A stretch of 64,000 nt of DNA from Blepharisma stoltei ATCC 30299 (Eukaryota > Protista > Ciliophora). Where the stretch lies: the NCBI GenBank assembly GCA_965603825.1, contig CBFDEM010000028.1, positions 434,001-498,000 on the forward strand. Direction: 5' to 3'. A model generated the notes under the pieces. It did no database searches and had not been told where the DNA came from. It worked only from the letters and a program-made list of their open reading frames with translations. The translations under genes were made by a program, and so were the position numbers. Below are positions 36,964 to 49,328 of the stretch, piece after piece (the stretch's first letter is position 1; the number at the start of each line of letters is the position of its first letter).

Positions 36964-37801
36964 TATATATGGAGAATAACGTGATATTTACATATATATT
37001 AGGCATTCTTTGGTGCATTCCTGGCATAAGCATATCGTTATAATACTTCATATTTCTTATTTTGGCTAAAAATTAATTCGAAACACACTATATAAATAAT
37101 CTGGATTAAGCTATCAAATTTTGACATCAATAGAATCTATGCTGTAAAAATATTATTTATAAACTAACTTGGACTTGTGTTAAATTTATTTTGATTAAAT
37201 TTTAAACATTTTTATGTATATAGTTAATTATGAGAGTCTATCTTGATCAAAAGCTCAAATGAAATTTTTTAACTGTTATGATAGAAATAGGTTGGCTAAA
37301 ATAGGTAAACAGAAAAATAAAGAATTGATTTACAATAGTTTTTTTGTTTATTTACCTACTGCACATATTTAACTCATTAGCACTGAAGTAGTAAAATTCC
37401 ATTGATTTGTTTAAATTTAATTTGAGCCATTTAAAAGCCACTTTAAATTTAATTATATTTTGAAGAAGCAAGATAAATTGGAGATTATAAAAAAAATTGA
37501 GATAGCCTGTTGAATCGCTTAACAATTCCAAAAATTGACTGGTAAGTACTTGAAGAATCTGGTATAAAAATATTACAATAAAACGACGTTGGAGGAATTT
37601 AAGAAAATTTATTGATAGAGCTATAAAAAACTAACCAACTTTATAAAAACGCATATTAATTTTGCCCTGAATAAAAATAACGATTTGCTAATTTTCTAAT
37701 TAGCCTTTATATCGCGAATCCATCTCTTTTATGATTTATATCGTTAGTAAATAAATGAAAACAATTATTCGTTTTTCAAAATTAGGTTATATCATATTTA
37801 A

Positions 37802-39118
37802 ATGATTTTAGCTACTAGGATCATTCTCCTCATCTTAATTACAGCAACTACCTTTGGAAGCTACTCTGCACAGAATGCTTTACCTGTGATCGGAGAACGT
37901 TTAGACGCTGACATAATTGCAATTTTGACAGTAACATCTGTGTTTTCTCTAGTTTTAGCCCCTTTTCTTTCAAACTTCCTAACAAAATTCCAAGAACGTA
38001 ACATGATCTTATGCAGCTTACTATTATCACTTGGTGGAATTATGGTTTTTGCTTTTGTGGAAATGTTTAGTGGATTTTGGTTCTATTTCCTCGCAGTTTT
38101 AAGCATGCTTGCTGTAAGTGGAGGAGCTATAGGCTATCTAATCCCTGCAATCATAGTAATTTTCCATGAAGCAGCTGAAAGTGGACTAAAATATTTTCCA
38201 TTTATTGAATTTTCGTGAGATCTAGGGTACACTTTTGGAGGAATTATGCCTTTATTTGTAGATGAGGACGTATATTTTCACTATTACTTTACTCCGATAG
38301 GGTGTGCTATTTTTATAGGATTTGTTTATGCATGAATTAATGTTAAAGAAGTGCCAAAAGATGCGATATTGAATGAAGGAATGAAAATATACAACATTAT
38401 TATCGAAAAAGAAATTTTTATGGATGCTTTAATTATAACTTATGTAGTTGCTGCTTGTAAATGCGTTGACCCTGTTATGACTGGTCTAGTTGAAGATTTA
38501 GATGGAAATGAAAGCGATGCTAGTAATCTTTATTTAGCTTTTTTTATTATAACTGGAACATCTGTTTCCTTTGTTGTCACAAGTTCTTTGGTTTTTACTT
38601 TAGAGTTCTTAGAAAGAAGATTTGTTATGATTTTTGGGATAATTTGCTGCATGATAGGATTAACTATTGTTGGGCCTATCAATTTTGCTGTAGGTGGTAG
38701 CAAAAATCTGTTAAGGATTTCTATTGTTTTTTTAGATTTTGGGATGCAGGTTGGAACTGCGGCTGGACTCCCCACTTTATACCATACAGTAAAATATCGC
38801 CTTAAATGAAGAGTTGACCAAAAATTAATTAATTTGCTTATAGGAATTTGGGTCACCGCAATTTTGTTAGGCCATATTGCAGGTCCATCAGTAATGATTT
38901 GGCTTACTTTGAAATACGAATATTACAAGGTAACTGTAGTTTTTTTCCTAATCGGGGTTATGGTGGCTATAGTTTACACTTATTTGTATAGAGACACAAT
39001 GCAAGTTTCAGTGCTACTTAGAGGAAGTGATGACGAGGATCTAATAGAAAGAAAGTCAGGAAATGAAGAAGATTTTTTGATAAAGGAAGATAAAAAAAAT
39101 GAAACAGAATCGGGATAA
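37802..39118 (+). CDS. MFS-like multi-pass transporter
   Basis: About 12 hydrophobic segments; three in-frame track ORFs joined by TGA; LERRFVMIFG loop. Confidence 0.75.
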
Positions 39119-39235
39119 ATAGTAAACTAACGATAATCATGTTTAGATATGATAGAAGCTGGCATTTATTTTTCTTAGAAATCTATTGGTAATGGTAAGG
39201 CAAAAGTCATTATCTTAATTATGCGAATTTTAATT

Positions 39236-39472
39236 TTAAGGTGAATCAATTATATCGCATATTTTGTAGGAAATATAGTAGCTTTTTTCTTGGCTTTTAT
39301 ATAAGTTCAATTCCCGCTCATACAAATCTTTAAGTTGTGATTTTCTTATATTTATGTAGATGTGCTGAGGATCTTCCATACTAGTATCGATGCTACAGAG
39401 TTTTAATCTTCTTTGGTTTGGCCAGTCTAGCTGTCTAACCCTTTTTCCATTTTCATTCCAATATGATTCCAT
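39236..39472 (-). CDS. Small hypothetical protein (78 aa)
   Basis: ATG..TAA ORF with coding-like composition; no recognised domain. Confidence 0.5.
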   Translation of the reverse strand: MESYWNENGKRVRQLDWPNQRRLKLCSIDTSMEDPQHIYINIRKSQLKDLYERELNLYKSQEKSYYISYKICDIIDSP

Positions 39473-39718
39473 TTAATTATTATAATTTCAAAAATGGATT
39501 AAAGTTTACAGAGAACTCACAGTTCAAAATTTATAATAAGGAAAAAGCCTATAAATTCCATTTTAAAGCTGTAGATATTGAATGCAAAATTCTAAAATTC
39601 ATTAAAAATATTATAGAGAAACATATAAAAAATATAGCTTTATGGCTTTTATATGAAAATCTAGCTTAAATATCCATTATTATCTAAATATTTAAATAAA
39701 AATTATCATATTTTAATA

Positions 39719-40570
39719 ATGAACAAGGAGTATATTTCTAAAAAGCTGAAAGAAGGGTTGTTACAAGTTGATCCCATGGCAGACAGAATAGGAGAAAGAA
39801 TGCTTCAGATGGAGCCTCAAGCTAATAATCAAGTCGAGAAATATGACCAGGCTCTAAGATCTATTGTAAAAAAAGAAAATCTTACCCTGTCCGCATTGAT
39901 TTTATTCCTACTCGGTGTTCAGCTTTTACCATCTCTGATTTTACTAGCAATATTAAATACTTTTGGCTTTTTAGCTGGGATTTTTATGGCATTTTTGTCT
40001 TGGATCTTAATTTTTGCAATTGGTTTCGTCGCATTAGCATATATTCTTATATGAAAATTCCAAGAGAAATTAAAAGGCTCATCCTTATGCTACTTTTTTG
40101 CAGTCATTATATCGGCATGTGAAGCGATTTTATTATTTTATATAGCTTCCTTTATAGGTGAAGAATTATTTTTAATTGCAGTTTCTGTCATAGTTTCGAC
40201 AATGTTTATAAATGCTGTTTTTGCTTCATATATCGAAGAAAATTATTCCATCCATATAGGAAAAGCATTAACCACGCTTAACACTTTAACAGTTTTTATT
40301 TTATCAGTATTATTTTTTGAAAATGAAATGCTGATTCCATTGGTAATTTATAATTAGATCCTCACGAATATTTTTGTTTTTCCTTATCAGTTTTTCATCT
40401 TGTCTGAAGTAGAAAGCCACTCAGAAAATCTTGGCTCGGCTGATAGATCAAAAGCTGGGCTATATGCAACTCTTTTGATTTTTAAATCAAAAGTCGAGCT
40501 GCTTTTCATTTTGGTGAAGTTTATAAAGTGGGCTATACATTCTTGCAAAAAGCAACCTAAAAATGAATAA
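39719..40570 (+). CDS. Multi-pass membrane protein, Bax-inhibitor-1/TMBIM-like topology; 15-nt intron 40343-40357
   Basis: Six to seven hydrophobic helices; TGA 40052; splicing GTAATTTATAATTAG extends the frame to TAA 40568. Confidence 0.65.
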
Positions 40571-40574
40571 TAAA

Positions 40575-41279
40575 ATGGATATTTTTAGAAACGTGTTAAA
40601 AGGTCATGGGTCGGCATTAATGAGAAGACTAGTTACTGTTTTCTATCAAACACTGGATGGATTTGTGATTGGAATTTTAGGATCTTCAATACCTGCAATA
40701 TCAGAATCTTTAATGGCATATTTTTTTATAGGGATCGGAGCAGGAGCACTTACAATTTTAATTCCTCTTTCTTTGAAAATGAAATACCAATGCTGAAATT
40801 CTGATGGAATGACTAAATTTTTATTTTTGGTGTTTACAATCAGTATTGGAATTTCACTTGCTTATTTGAGCTTGTTTATCAATGGGTTTTTCTTAGCTTT
40901 ATGACTACTCGTTGCAAGTGGGATTTTATTAAGTGCGATTTATTTTGACGCTACAGGAATTGATGAATTAAAATCAGTTATTAAAGTTCAAGCCAGTGGC
41001 ATTATAATTATGGGAATTTGTGTAGAAATTGCGTGCATTGGAATGTGGAGATTTGTTTGGATTATTTTTTTGGTAAAAACTATTTAGCCTATTGTAGTTC
41101 TCCTTTCTGTCTTTTTGCTATATGCAATCTTAGATGCAGCTGATAGAGTTGAAACAAGAGATAATGTTTTTAAAGAAAATTTAGAGATTTGGCAAGGCTT
41201 CCCAAAATCTTGCTTGTTGGCATTACCGAAATTTTTGGTTTTTATCAAAGAACGAATAAAGAGAAAAAAGTCAAATTAA
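40575..41279 (+). CDS. Second multi-pass membrane protein of similar topology; 15-nt intron 41073-41087
   Basis: Two TGA-Trp; phase-0 intron after TTG at a position comparable to the upstream gene; alternative ATG 40563 overlaps the upstream stop. Confidence 0.65.
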
Positions 41280-41528
41280 ATAAAAGATGAAATAAATTTA
41301 AATGTATTAAGATAATTAAAGGATAAAAATAGATAAAATATTAATTAGCATATAAAAAATATGAATTTTTAGTTATTTATGCATATTTTCCATCTTTTCA
41401 AATAAGTCCATAATAAATATATAATTTTTTAGCCTCAAATTAGATTTCATTTTGAATTTCTTGTAATTTTATTTTTTTTCTTGCTATGTAATCTCTAATC
41501 ATTAACTTTGTATTAAATTTGTATTATA

Positions 41529-42275
41529 ATGATGAATGACAAAAATATTAAACCTATTCCAATTACTGATGATGTTTGAATGGTGCCTTGCTCCATATCA
41601 AAAGACAAAAAAGAATATCAAGCAATAGGCAGGCCATATAATTCAGACATCAAATCCGACAGATTGCAAGCCAGACAGTTTTGGCTTCCAGAAGAAGATG
41701 AAACTCTCAGAGATTTGGTGCTGCACAAAGGCACACATAGATGGAGTTTAATTGCAAAAGAAGTCAACTCAATCGTTCATAATGGGATGCCAATAAGGCA
41801 AGGCAAGCAATGTAGGGAGAGATGATATAATCATCTTAATGATGGCTTAATAAAAGGCAACTGGACCCCTGAAGAGGATATAATTATTTTAGAAAAACAG
41901 CTGGAATGGGGAAACAAATGAAGTGACATTGCAAGACTTCTTAAAGGGAGAACTGAAAATCAGGTAAAAAATAGATGAAAAAGCATAACAAAAAGATCAA
42001 AAAAATCCCGAAAAGGACGAGAGCAGATAAAAACAATTATTTCAGAAAAAAAAGGCTTAGAACCTGAAAGTGTGCCATTGAGCTCAGTGATGCCGATTTC
42101 TCCTATGATAGTCAGTTCTCCTGGATTTATTCCATTTGCATTTGATGATCATGGTTTTTCGAACTTAGCAGATCAGATAAAAACGATTTATCAAATAGGA
42201 ATGACTGGCATGCAACAAACTGATGTATCTCCTTCAGCTTTTCTATTTTTAAATAGTCCAAATGTCAGGCAATAA
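41529..42275 (+). CDS. R2R3 Myb transcription factor
   Basis: WLPEEDETL..RWSLIA..RQGKQCRERW(TGA)YNHL..WTPEED..GNKW(TGA)SDIA..GRTENQVKNRW(TGA). Confidence 0.93.
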
Positions 42276-42295
42276 AAATATAAATATAAATGTTT

Positions 42296-43378
42296 TTACT
42301 TATGAAATCCTTTAAAACCACAATCGTCTTCACATCTACGCTTTATTATTTCTTTATAAAGCAGAGCGGTTTCTAATGGAACAGAAGAATCTACAGCGAT
42401 TCTTACAGCTGCTTCTTTTCTCTCTAGACTTTTTTCACTTTTAGATGGAATAATCTTCAGCCTTTGAGATTCTTGCTTTCTTGGTTGATCTAATGAAGCT
42501 TTATTCTTATTTAAGAGTGAGTTTTTATGAACCATCTGTCCAGTATAATCTTTGTTTGAGGATTCAGCTTTATTGCAAGTGTTTTTTTCTTTATTCTCTG
42601 TGTTCATCAAAGTTAATTCTTGAGGGATTAAACATTGCTCATGGGTGATTTTTTGTGTATACTTTGGCTTAATATCAGTTTCTTCAGATGATTTTTTAAA
42701 TAAAGAAGCAGATTGCTTCTTAGCTATTTGGCTGTTTTTAGCACTTTTAGGTCTATTCCTTTCAGTTAAACCGCCATTATTAGAAGTTTCAAAGTTTTTT
42801 TGTGTGTATCTTGCTGTAGAATTTTCTATAGAATTTATGAAATTTGGATGATCAGGAATTTTGATACTAAGCCCAGGACCTTTAGATGAATTTTTTATAT
42901 CACTAGGATCTTTTTCTATTTGACTGTTGATTTTAGAGGTTTCTTTTGATGAATTTCTAGAAGAGCACCTTGATGATTCTCAATAACCTTTTTTCGCATA
43001 AGCAACATATGCTAATTTTTTGGATAAATCATTAATTTCAGGCGCATCTCTAAAATTTTGTTTCCTTATCCATTCCCATTTTTCTTTAATTCTTTCTTTT
43101 TTTGCTTCGAGAGCTTTTCCTTTAAGCAGCAAAATATCTTCGATCCCTTTTCTTGGCTTTATTTTAGTTTGTGATGCAGACTTTTTGTTATTTTGGGCCA
43201 TTTTTGCTTGCTGCCTTATCATTGAATCTTTGTAAAGCCTATCATGCACAGTATTTGTAGCTGTATTTATTTTATTAAATTTTGAGCTTGACATCCTGCT
43301 TGTTAAAGTTTCAGAAGGGCTTATCATCCTTGGAAAATCATGTGGAGCTTGATATGGCTCAATAGTAAGAGCTTCCAT
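42296..43378 (-). CDS. Hypothetical protein with VHDRLY / PEIN motifs (cytoskeleton-associated type)
   Basis: 360-aa frame continuous across TGA 42980. Confidence 0.72.
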
Positions 43379-44077
43379 TTAATTATCCCAAATTTAAACA
43401 GCAATGAAAATAATAAAAATCCTGATCAAAATGTATATGATTTTGCATTTCAGCATGAAGCAGAAGCTGATATTTGACTTGGGATGGGATTTAGCTTAAG
43501 AGTTACCACAAATTATGTAAATTAGCTGTTAGGAATCTACAAAAACTCCTCTAGATGATATGGCAGCATTAAAGTTTTTGCCTTTTGTGACGCTGTAATG
43601 GAAAAATTAAGTCTGGAAATACCTAAATTTAAGCTGTTAAGGAGAATTAAGGTCAGTAAATGTGGGAAATAGTGAATAAAAGAGAAAAAGAGTGCTTTTA
43701 TTTCCAGGGTATAGATGAGAATGATTGCCTATATCTTGTATCCAAAGATTGGATTAAAAAAGGACTTGTGGTTTCTGAGATGAAAAACCATTAAAATATA
43801 GTAGGAGTTTAGAAAGTAAAGTTTACTTTCAATGACATTATGGAGACCTCCAGTAGAGCTTACACTGGATTCAAATTCGTTTAAAAATTCATCGAAGTTA
43901 TTTATAATGGCATGTGATCCTTTAGGGGTGTGGGTGTCAATTGATGAAAATTAATTATGAATTTAATCATAAATCCTAATTAATTGCTCGATCATGTTAT
44001 AATTATTTATTATATTAATTATTTTAACATAATTACTAATAGTCGCCAACTTTTGATGCCATCACAATTTTTATATG

Positions 44078-44779
44078 CTAAGAGACAACTATAAAATTAG
44101 GAACTACTTCAGTTGCTATTTGATCCATAAGAGCTTGATCTCTGCCAGCTTGTGAATTCTTTTTCCTTTCTTGTTTATTTTTTACTATTTTTCTTTTTAT
44201 TTGAAGGGCTAGCTCAAATGAAATGATTTCAATAAGCAACATAGCTGGAATAAGTAAATAAGTTCAGACGTCTGTATAATTAATTAAAGGATAAATATGT
44301 TTTAATGCCAATGTATATGGTAAATTAACACAAAATAAATAAATAGTACTAATTGATATAGGGACAATAATATGCTTTCTCACAAATATTATTTCATTTA
44401 AGCAAAAATCAATAAGAAGTGTGCACAGTGGCACTGTATGAGCAAGGATAGCTGACATAACGTCTAAACGATCAGCAGGAGCCACAGCTGACCAATAGAC
44501 AATACTTACGCACCATTCTAATGCCCATGAAGTCTCAAACAAAATCCTTACACTTGGCTCCAATTTTTTTATCCGAATTGAAAGCACAGAAATGATGTAA
44601 AATATTGCAATGCAGGTAAGTCCTCAATTTGTGAAATATATAAAAAATAAGTATGTGCTCAAATACACCCCTCATACAAGATCACCTATTAATAATAAGG
44701 AAAATAAAATCCGAATTATATTCAATGGGTTTTTATCAGAAGAAGTGTTCGGATTAGTTTCGTTTGATCTCTCGTTCAT
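44078..44779 (-). CDS. FAR-17a/AIG1 / rolling-stone-like membrane protein
   Basis: YFTNW(TGA)G, VSIVYW, AHTVP, IYPLINY; about six TM segments. Confidence 0.75.
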
Positions 44780-45049
44780 TGGTATAAAAGCAATCAGCAT
44801 CACCTTAATTCAAAAAAAATGGTAATTATAGGGAAATAAATTACTGTTTAATTACAAAATTTTAATTTTTAAAGATGAAAAATTAACCTAAACTCATTTG
44901 TTAAAAATTTGCAAATTAAAATTTAAAATCCTTAATAACTAATGGATGAAATTTGTGGAGATATTCCTTAAGGTGATCTGTAAAACTTAATAACTTATGG
45001 AAAAAGGTCAGACCTGAAGGTCTTATGGCCTTATTATAATAGTTAATAA

Positions 45050-46214
45050 CTAATTAGTTTTTTTATTTTGTATGTTTTGTTTTCTTACCTCCAAATCCAT
45101 ATATGTCCCATCTTTGTAAATCCTATATTTGTAGACTAGCCTCAAATAGCAGTAAAATGCCAATGATCCAACAAACCATACACCCCATGGCAAAATGACG
45201 TACCAATGTACAGATTCTTCAAGCCTGTTTCCAGCATTATGCCTAAACTTCCAGCTTAAAATAGCTTCGCAGCAAAGCATCATTCAAGCAGTCCATCTAT
45301 ATTGAGCAAAAATCTGTTTTTCTGCTCTTAAATGTTCTCCCCAAGTTCTTACATCATCATAAGCTTCTCTAAATCCTAGCCCTCCTATTGCCAACCATAT
45401 AATCAGTCTTATAATATTTAGCTTATTCGATGGTGGCAGCCACAAAGAATTCGGTACTGTAAATCCAGTGACAAAATTGATAGATACAAATAAAATCACT
45501 AAAAACACCCCTTGAAACTGCCTATGTTGTGTCCATGCTTTCCATTCTCTAATAGATTTAGTGTTTTTTCTGCCAAACCAGTCATACTCCATTGAGTTGC
45601 AATATCTAATTAGACTCATCCCAATCCATATTCCAAGAGTATTGGCTACCAAAACGTCTAATATTAACGAATCCCACCAACATTCTGCGAAATTTGGCCT
45701 AATATTTTTTAATGATAGTTCTATGAGCTCATCTAAAACACTCCATATATGAAGAATATAGTAATCTCTTAACAGCAAAGCAGCAGCAAGCCAGTTGAAG
45801 AAATGGGCCAAAACATAAAAATCTGAAAGCTTATATATATTTTCAAAGGTAAACTCACAGCTTCTATCATAATTTTCTGTACGCATTGCAAGCTCCTTAT
45901 TGAGGGAAGGATCAATATACCCGAATAATGCTCTTGCATCCTTTTCAGTTTGGAAAAGCAGAAACACTAAAAGTCCTATATAAAGAAGCCCAAGTCTTGC
46001 ACCAACTCTGCAGTAAACATCTCTGACTCTTTTAAAAGGGCTATTATAAGGCTTAAGTGAGCTTTGGGCGAGGAAAACCATACAGACTCCAACAAGCCCT
46101 GCTTTAATATTCCATTCCTAATTCAGCACTTACTGTTGATTCTGAGCTATAATAAAGTCCACAAAGCACATAACTAATAGTCAAAAAGAAAAGCAATTGA
46201 CTACCGTATTCCAT
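45050..46214 (-). CDS. PTDSS: Phosphatidylserine synthase (PTDSS/PSS family); 16-nt intron 46118-46133
   Basis: YVLAHFFNW, WSVLDELIE, PNFAECWWDSLILDVLVANTLGIWIG, REAYD. Confidence 0.9.
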
Positions 46215-46260
46215 TTATTAATAAATCACATCAAATTTTCTTTCTAATAATTTATTATAA

Positions 46261-46899
46261 ATGGACAGTGTCTCCAAAAGAATCGTAACATATATTTAGA
46301 TAGTGGAGCTTGTGAGGAAAACTTCAAAATTCTTCAATGATCTTGCTGAGCAGCTTTCTCAAATAAGAGTAAAAAGACAGAGATCTAAGAAAAAGCATAA
46401 CAAGTCAGGGTTCTATTTATACTTGGGAGAACAAATAAAGCAGCTAAAAGGAGACAATGAAGAAGAATCAATTGAAAATATCGCAGAGTTGAGAAAAATT
46501 ATAACAAATAGCTGGAATGAATTGAGCAACTCTGAAAAAAAGAAATGAAGAAAAAAAGCTCTAGAAGAAAAGGAGCAGGTGAGATTGATGGAGGAACCTG
46601 GGAATGGTGGAAAAGAGCTCATAGATCTCAAAAGCTCATCATCAATTGAAAGTGATAGCGAAAGCAGCAGTGATAGTGATAGTGATAGCGACAGTGAAGT
46701 CAGCGAAGATGAAAAGAAAAAGAAAAAGAAAAAAGATAAGAAGAAAAACAAGAAAAAAGATGGGAAAAAAGACAAGAAAAAAGATAAGAAAAAAGATAAA
46801 GGCAAAAAGAAGAAGAAAAAAGATAAAAAAGGAAAAAAGAAATCGAAATCAGATAGCGAAGATGAAGGAAAGCCAAAGAAGAAGCATAAGAAATCGTAA
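46261..46899 (+). CDS. HMG-box protein with S/D tract and Lys-rich tail; 15-nt intron 46285-46299
   Basis: KSGFYLYL..SWNELSNSEKKKW(TGA)RKKA..EKE HMG pattern. Confidence 0.8.
46645..46850 (+). repeat. Coding low-complexity repeats: (AGTGAT)n Ser-Asp and (AAG/AAA/GAT)n poly-Lys
   Basis: Visible short tandem units within the HMG gene. Confidence 0.8.
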
Positions 46900-47056
46900 T
46901 CTAATCGTTATTTGACTTAGATATGCAAGATAAAGAAATTTCTTTATGAGAACTTAAAAGTCCATTATTAAGGCATCTTTTCAATTTTCTTCATTTTAAT
47001 TTTTTCCTAATATTATAAAATTAAATTGCTTTAGAGCTTATTATTCATTATTCATA

Positions 47057-47476
47057 TTATTGTAATATACAAACCTTGCACGTATCCGGCGACTCAAAAT
47101 CATTATTATGAATTGAGCATTTTTCAGACTTCGTAGACAAAGCAGACTTCTTTAGCTTTTCATTTAATAACTCATCACTTCTCTTATTTTCACCAACAAT
47201 GACAGCTCCTATCTGCTTTCCCAAATCTCTATCTGCATCGTGCATAACATGAGAAGATACATCAAAATTTATTTCCTCGCTAAAAATATCATTTTTCATC
47301 GTCGTAAACTTTTCAGATTTTCTCCGATTGTCTCTCTTCCGTTTCCCACATTCATTTTCCTCTAACTTTTCATCTAAATCTCGGTTATTTGCCTTCATTG
47401 ATCTAAATACCCATCGTAAATTCTTTCTTTCACAATTTATCATATATTTCTCTTCAAGAACTGCATTAAAAGCCAT
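47057..47476 (-). CDS. Hypothetical protein with C-terminal Cys motif (CKVCILQ)
   Basis: 139-aa ATG..TAA ORF. Confidence 0.65.
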   Translation of the reverse strand: MAFNAVLEEKYMINCERKNLRWVFRSMKANNRDLDEKLEENECGKRKRDNRRKSEKFTTMKNDIFSEEINFDVSSHVMHDADRDLGKQIGAVIVGENKRSDELLNEKLKKSALSTKSEKCSIHNNDFESPDTCKVCILQ

Positions 47477-47538
47477 TCGTAAAATTATGATGCTTTTTCA
47501 TAGTTAAACCATCGTGAAAACATGATGGCCATTAATAA

Positions 47539-48303
47539 ATGTTAAGTAGAGCTACTAAACTCTGTCAACTAGTTAGAGTTCCCAGAGCAGCATTTGCCGA
47601 TGAATGGTTTAGAGGAAATAGATACAGTGAAGACGGCGCCCCTTTTTTTGAAACCCCAACAAGGCCTGGAAATTTCAGAGATGTAATGGACTTCAAATTA
47701 AAGCTTGATAATTGGTTTGACGAGGCCCGTGAATTCAACGAAGAAGAATGGGAAGTGAAAAAGGCTCAGCTTTATATTGCAAATTGTATGGGAAACATCA
47801 TGTGGGTCACTGGCTTCCAATATGCAGCAAGCTCGTGGGCACAAATCATTACAGGTTGGGTAAGATACTTCCCAGACAAGTATATGGAATTCGACATAGG
47901 AGAATTGCCTCCTGGTGAAGTCATGCAAATTTCTTGGCATGGTGTACCATTATTTATTAGAAGACTTACCAAAGAAGAAATGGAAGACGAAGGCAAGACT
48001 CCTCCACATACACTTATGGACAGCGCTCACCAAGTCAGAATTACTGACGCTCCAAACTCAAAAGTAATGGTTCTCAACGCTAGATGCACACATTTAGGCT
48101 GTATCCCTATTCCATATATTGGGAAATATAAAGGGTGGACTTGCATGTGCCACGGTAGTATTTTTGATAAGTGGGGAAGAGTCAGACAAGGACCTGCACT
48201 AGAAAATCTAAGATACCAAAACCATTCCTTATATGGGAACATTCTTTGTGTAGATCAGCTACGCTATAACTATGAACCCAGAAGGATATGGATCGTTCAA
48301 TAA
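47539..48303 (+). CDS. UQCRFS1: Cytochrome bc1 Rieske iron-sulfur subunit
   Basis: CTHLGC and CMCHGS boxes, GPA; mitochondrial presequence. Confidence 0.96.
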   Translation: MLSRATKLCQLVRVPRAAFADEWFRGNRYSEDGAPFFETPTRPGNFRDVMDFKLKLDNWFDEAREFNEEEWEVKKAQLYIANCMGNIMWVTGFQYAASSWAQIITGWVRYFPDKYMEFDIGELPPGEVMQISWHGVPLFIRRLTKEEMEDEGKTPPHTLMDSAHQVRITDAPNSKVMVLNARCTHLGCIPIPYIGKYKGWTCMCHGSIFDKWGRVRQGPALENLRYQNHSLYGNILCVDQLRYNYEPRRIWIVQ

Positions 48304-48362
48304 ATAATGGGTTTCTAGATAGAAATGATAACTTTTAGCTCTTAATGATAATTTGAATAATA

Positions 48363-49013
48363 ATGGCAGGAGTTCTTGGCTCAGCTACACCAACAGCAAA
48401 GTTCAAGCTTGTGTTTTTAGGGGACATTTATACAGGGAAGACTTCAATCATCAACCGCTTTATGAATGATACGTTTGATGCGAATTATCAAGCTACAATT
48501 GGCATTGATTTCTTATCAAAAACCATATATCATGAAAACCAGGCCATCAGACTACAGTTATGGGACACTGCAGGACAAGAGAGATTTCGAAGCTTAATTC
48601 CAAATTATATAAGAGATTCATCAGTCGCTATCATTGTTTTTGATGTGACCAATAAACAAACATTTTTAAGCATTGACAGATGGGTTCAAGATGTCAGAAG
48701 CGAAAGGGGAAAAGAAGCATTAATTGTAATCGCAGGGAATAAAATGGATAAGGTCGAAGAAAGAATTGTCAGCTATGAAGAAGCTTCAGAAAAAGCAAAA
48801 GCCCATGAAGGACTATATGTGGAAACGAGCGCCAAAACGGGGGATAATATAAGCCAACTTTTTAAGCAGATTGCGACGTCATTGACGAATGGGAAACCGA
48901 CAGTCACAGCTCAGCCGAATACACCAGAGCAAAGGATTGTGTTGACGAATCCTCCGCAAAATCAGACTAATGAAGCAGCAAGGGCTCAAGATAAGAAAAA
49001 TTGTGCATGCTAA
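48363..49013 (+). CDS. RAB6: Rab6 GTPase
   Basis: KFKLVFLG, YQATIGIDFLSKT, WDTAGQERFRSLIPNYIRDS, CAC terminus. Confidence 0.95.
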   Translation: MAGVLGSATPTAKFKLVFLGDIYTGKTSIINRFMNDTFDANYQATIGIDFLSKTIYHENQAIRLQLWDTAGQERFRSLIPNYIRDSSVAIIVFDVTNKQTFLSIDRWVQDVRSERGKEALIVIAGNKMDKVEERIVSYEEASEKAKAHEGLYVETSAKTGDNISQLFKQIATSLTNGKPTVTAQPNTPEQRIVLTNPPQNQTNEAARAQDKKNCAC

Positions 49014-49094
49014 ACATAAAGTTATTTGAAAATAATTTTAATTAAGGAATATTTTAAATATTTATTAAAATAAAAAGTTATTTAAATATAAATA

Positions 49095-49316
49095 ATGATT
49101 GAGCTATGAGTTATTATTCTTGTTTTATTAGGCATAACTTCAGCAATATTCCTCTCTATCTGAGTTTACTTGAAATTTTTCAAACCAAAGCCTCTCCCAG
49201 AGCTTACTGCACAGCTTTTATATGGATCTGAAATGGGAGATATTGAATTAACTTCTTTTTCTGCTAATCCTAATGCAGAGCCAAGGTACTCAACTTTAAA
49301 TTTTTCAAGAAAATAA
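49095..49316 (+). CDS. 73-aa single-TM microprotein (absent from the ORF track)
   Basis: MIELW(TGA)VIILVLLGITSAIFLSIW(TGA)VYLKFFKPKP...PRYSTLNFSRK then TAA. Confidence 0.65.
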
Positions 49317-49328
49317 TTAAAAAGCTGA

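Noticed and set aside
46646-46915. Alternative-frame K/R-rich ORF
   Set aside because: Artefact of the purine-rich poly-Lys tract in the HMG gene
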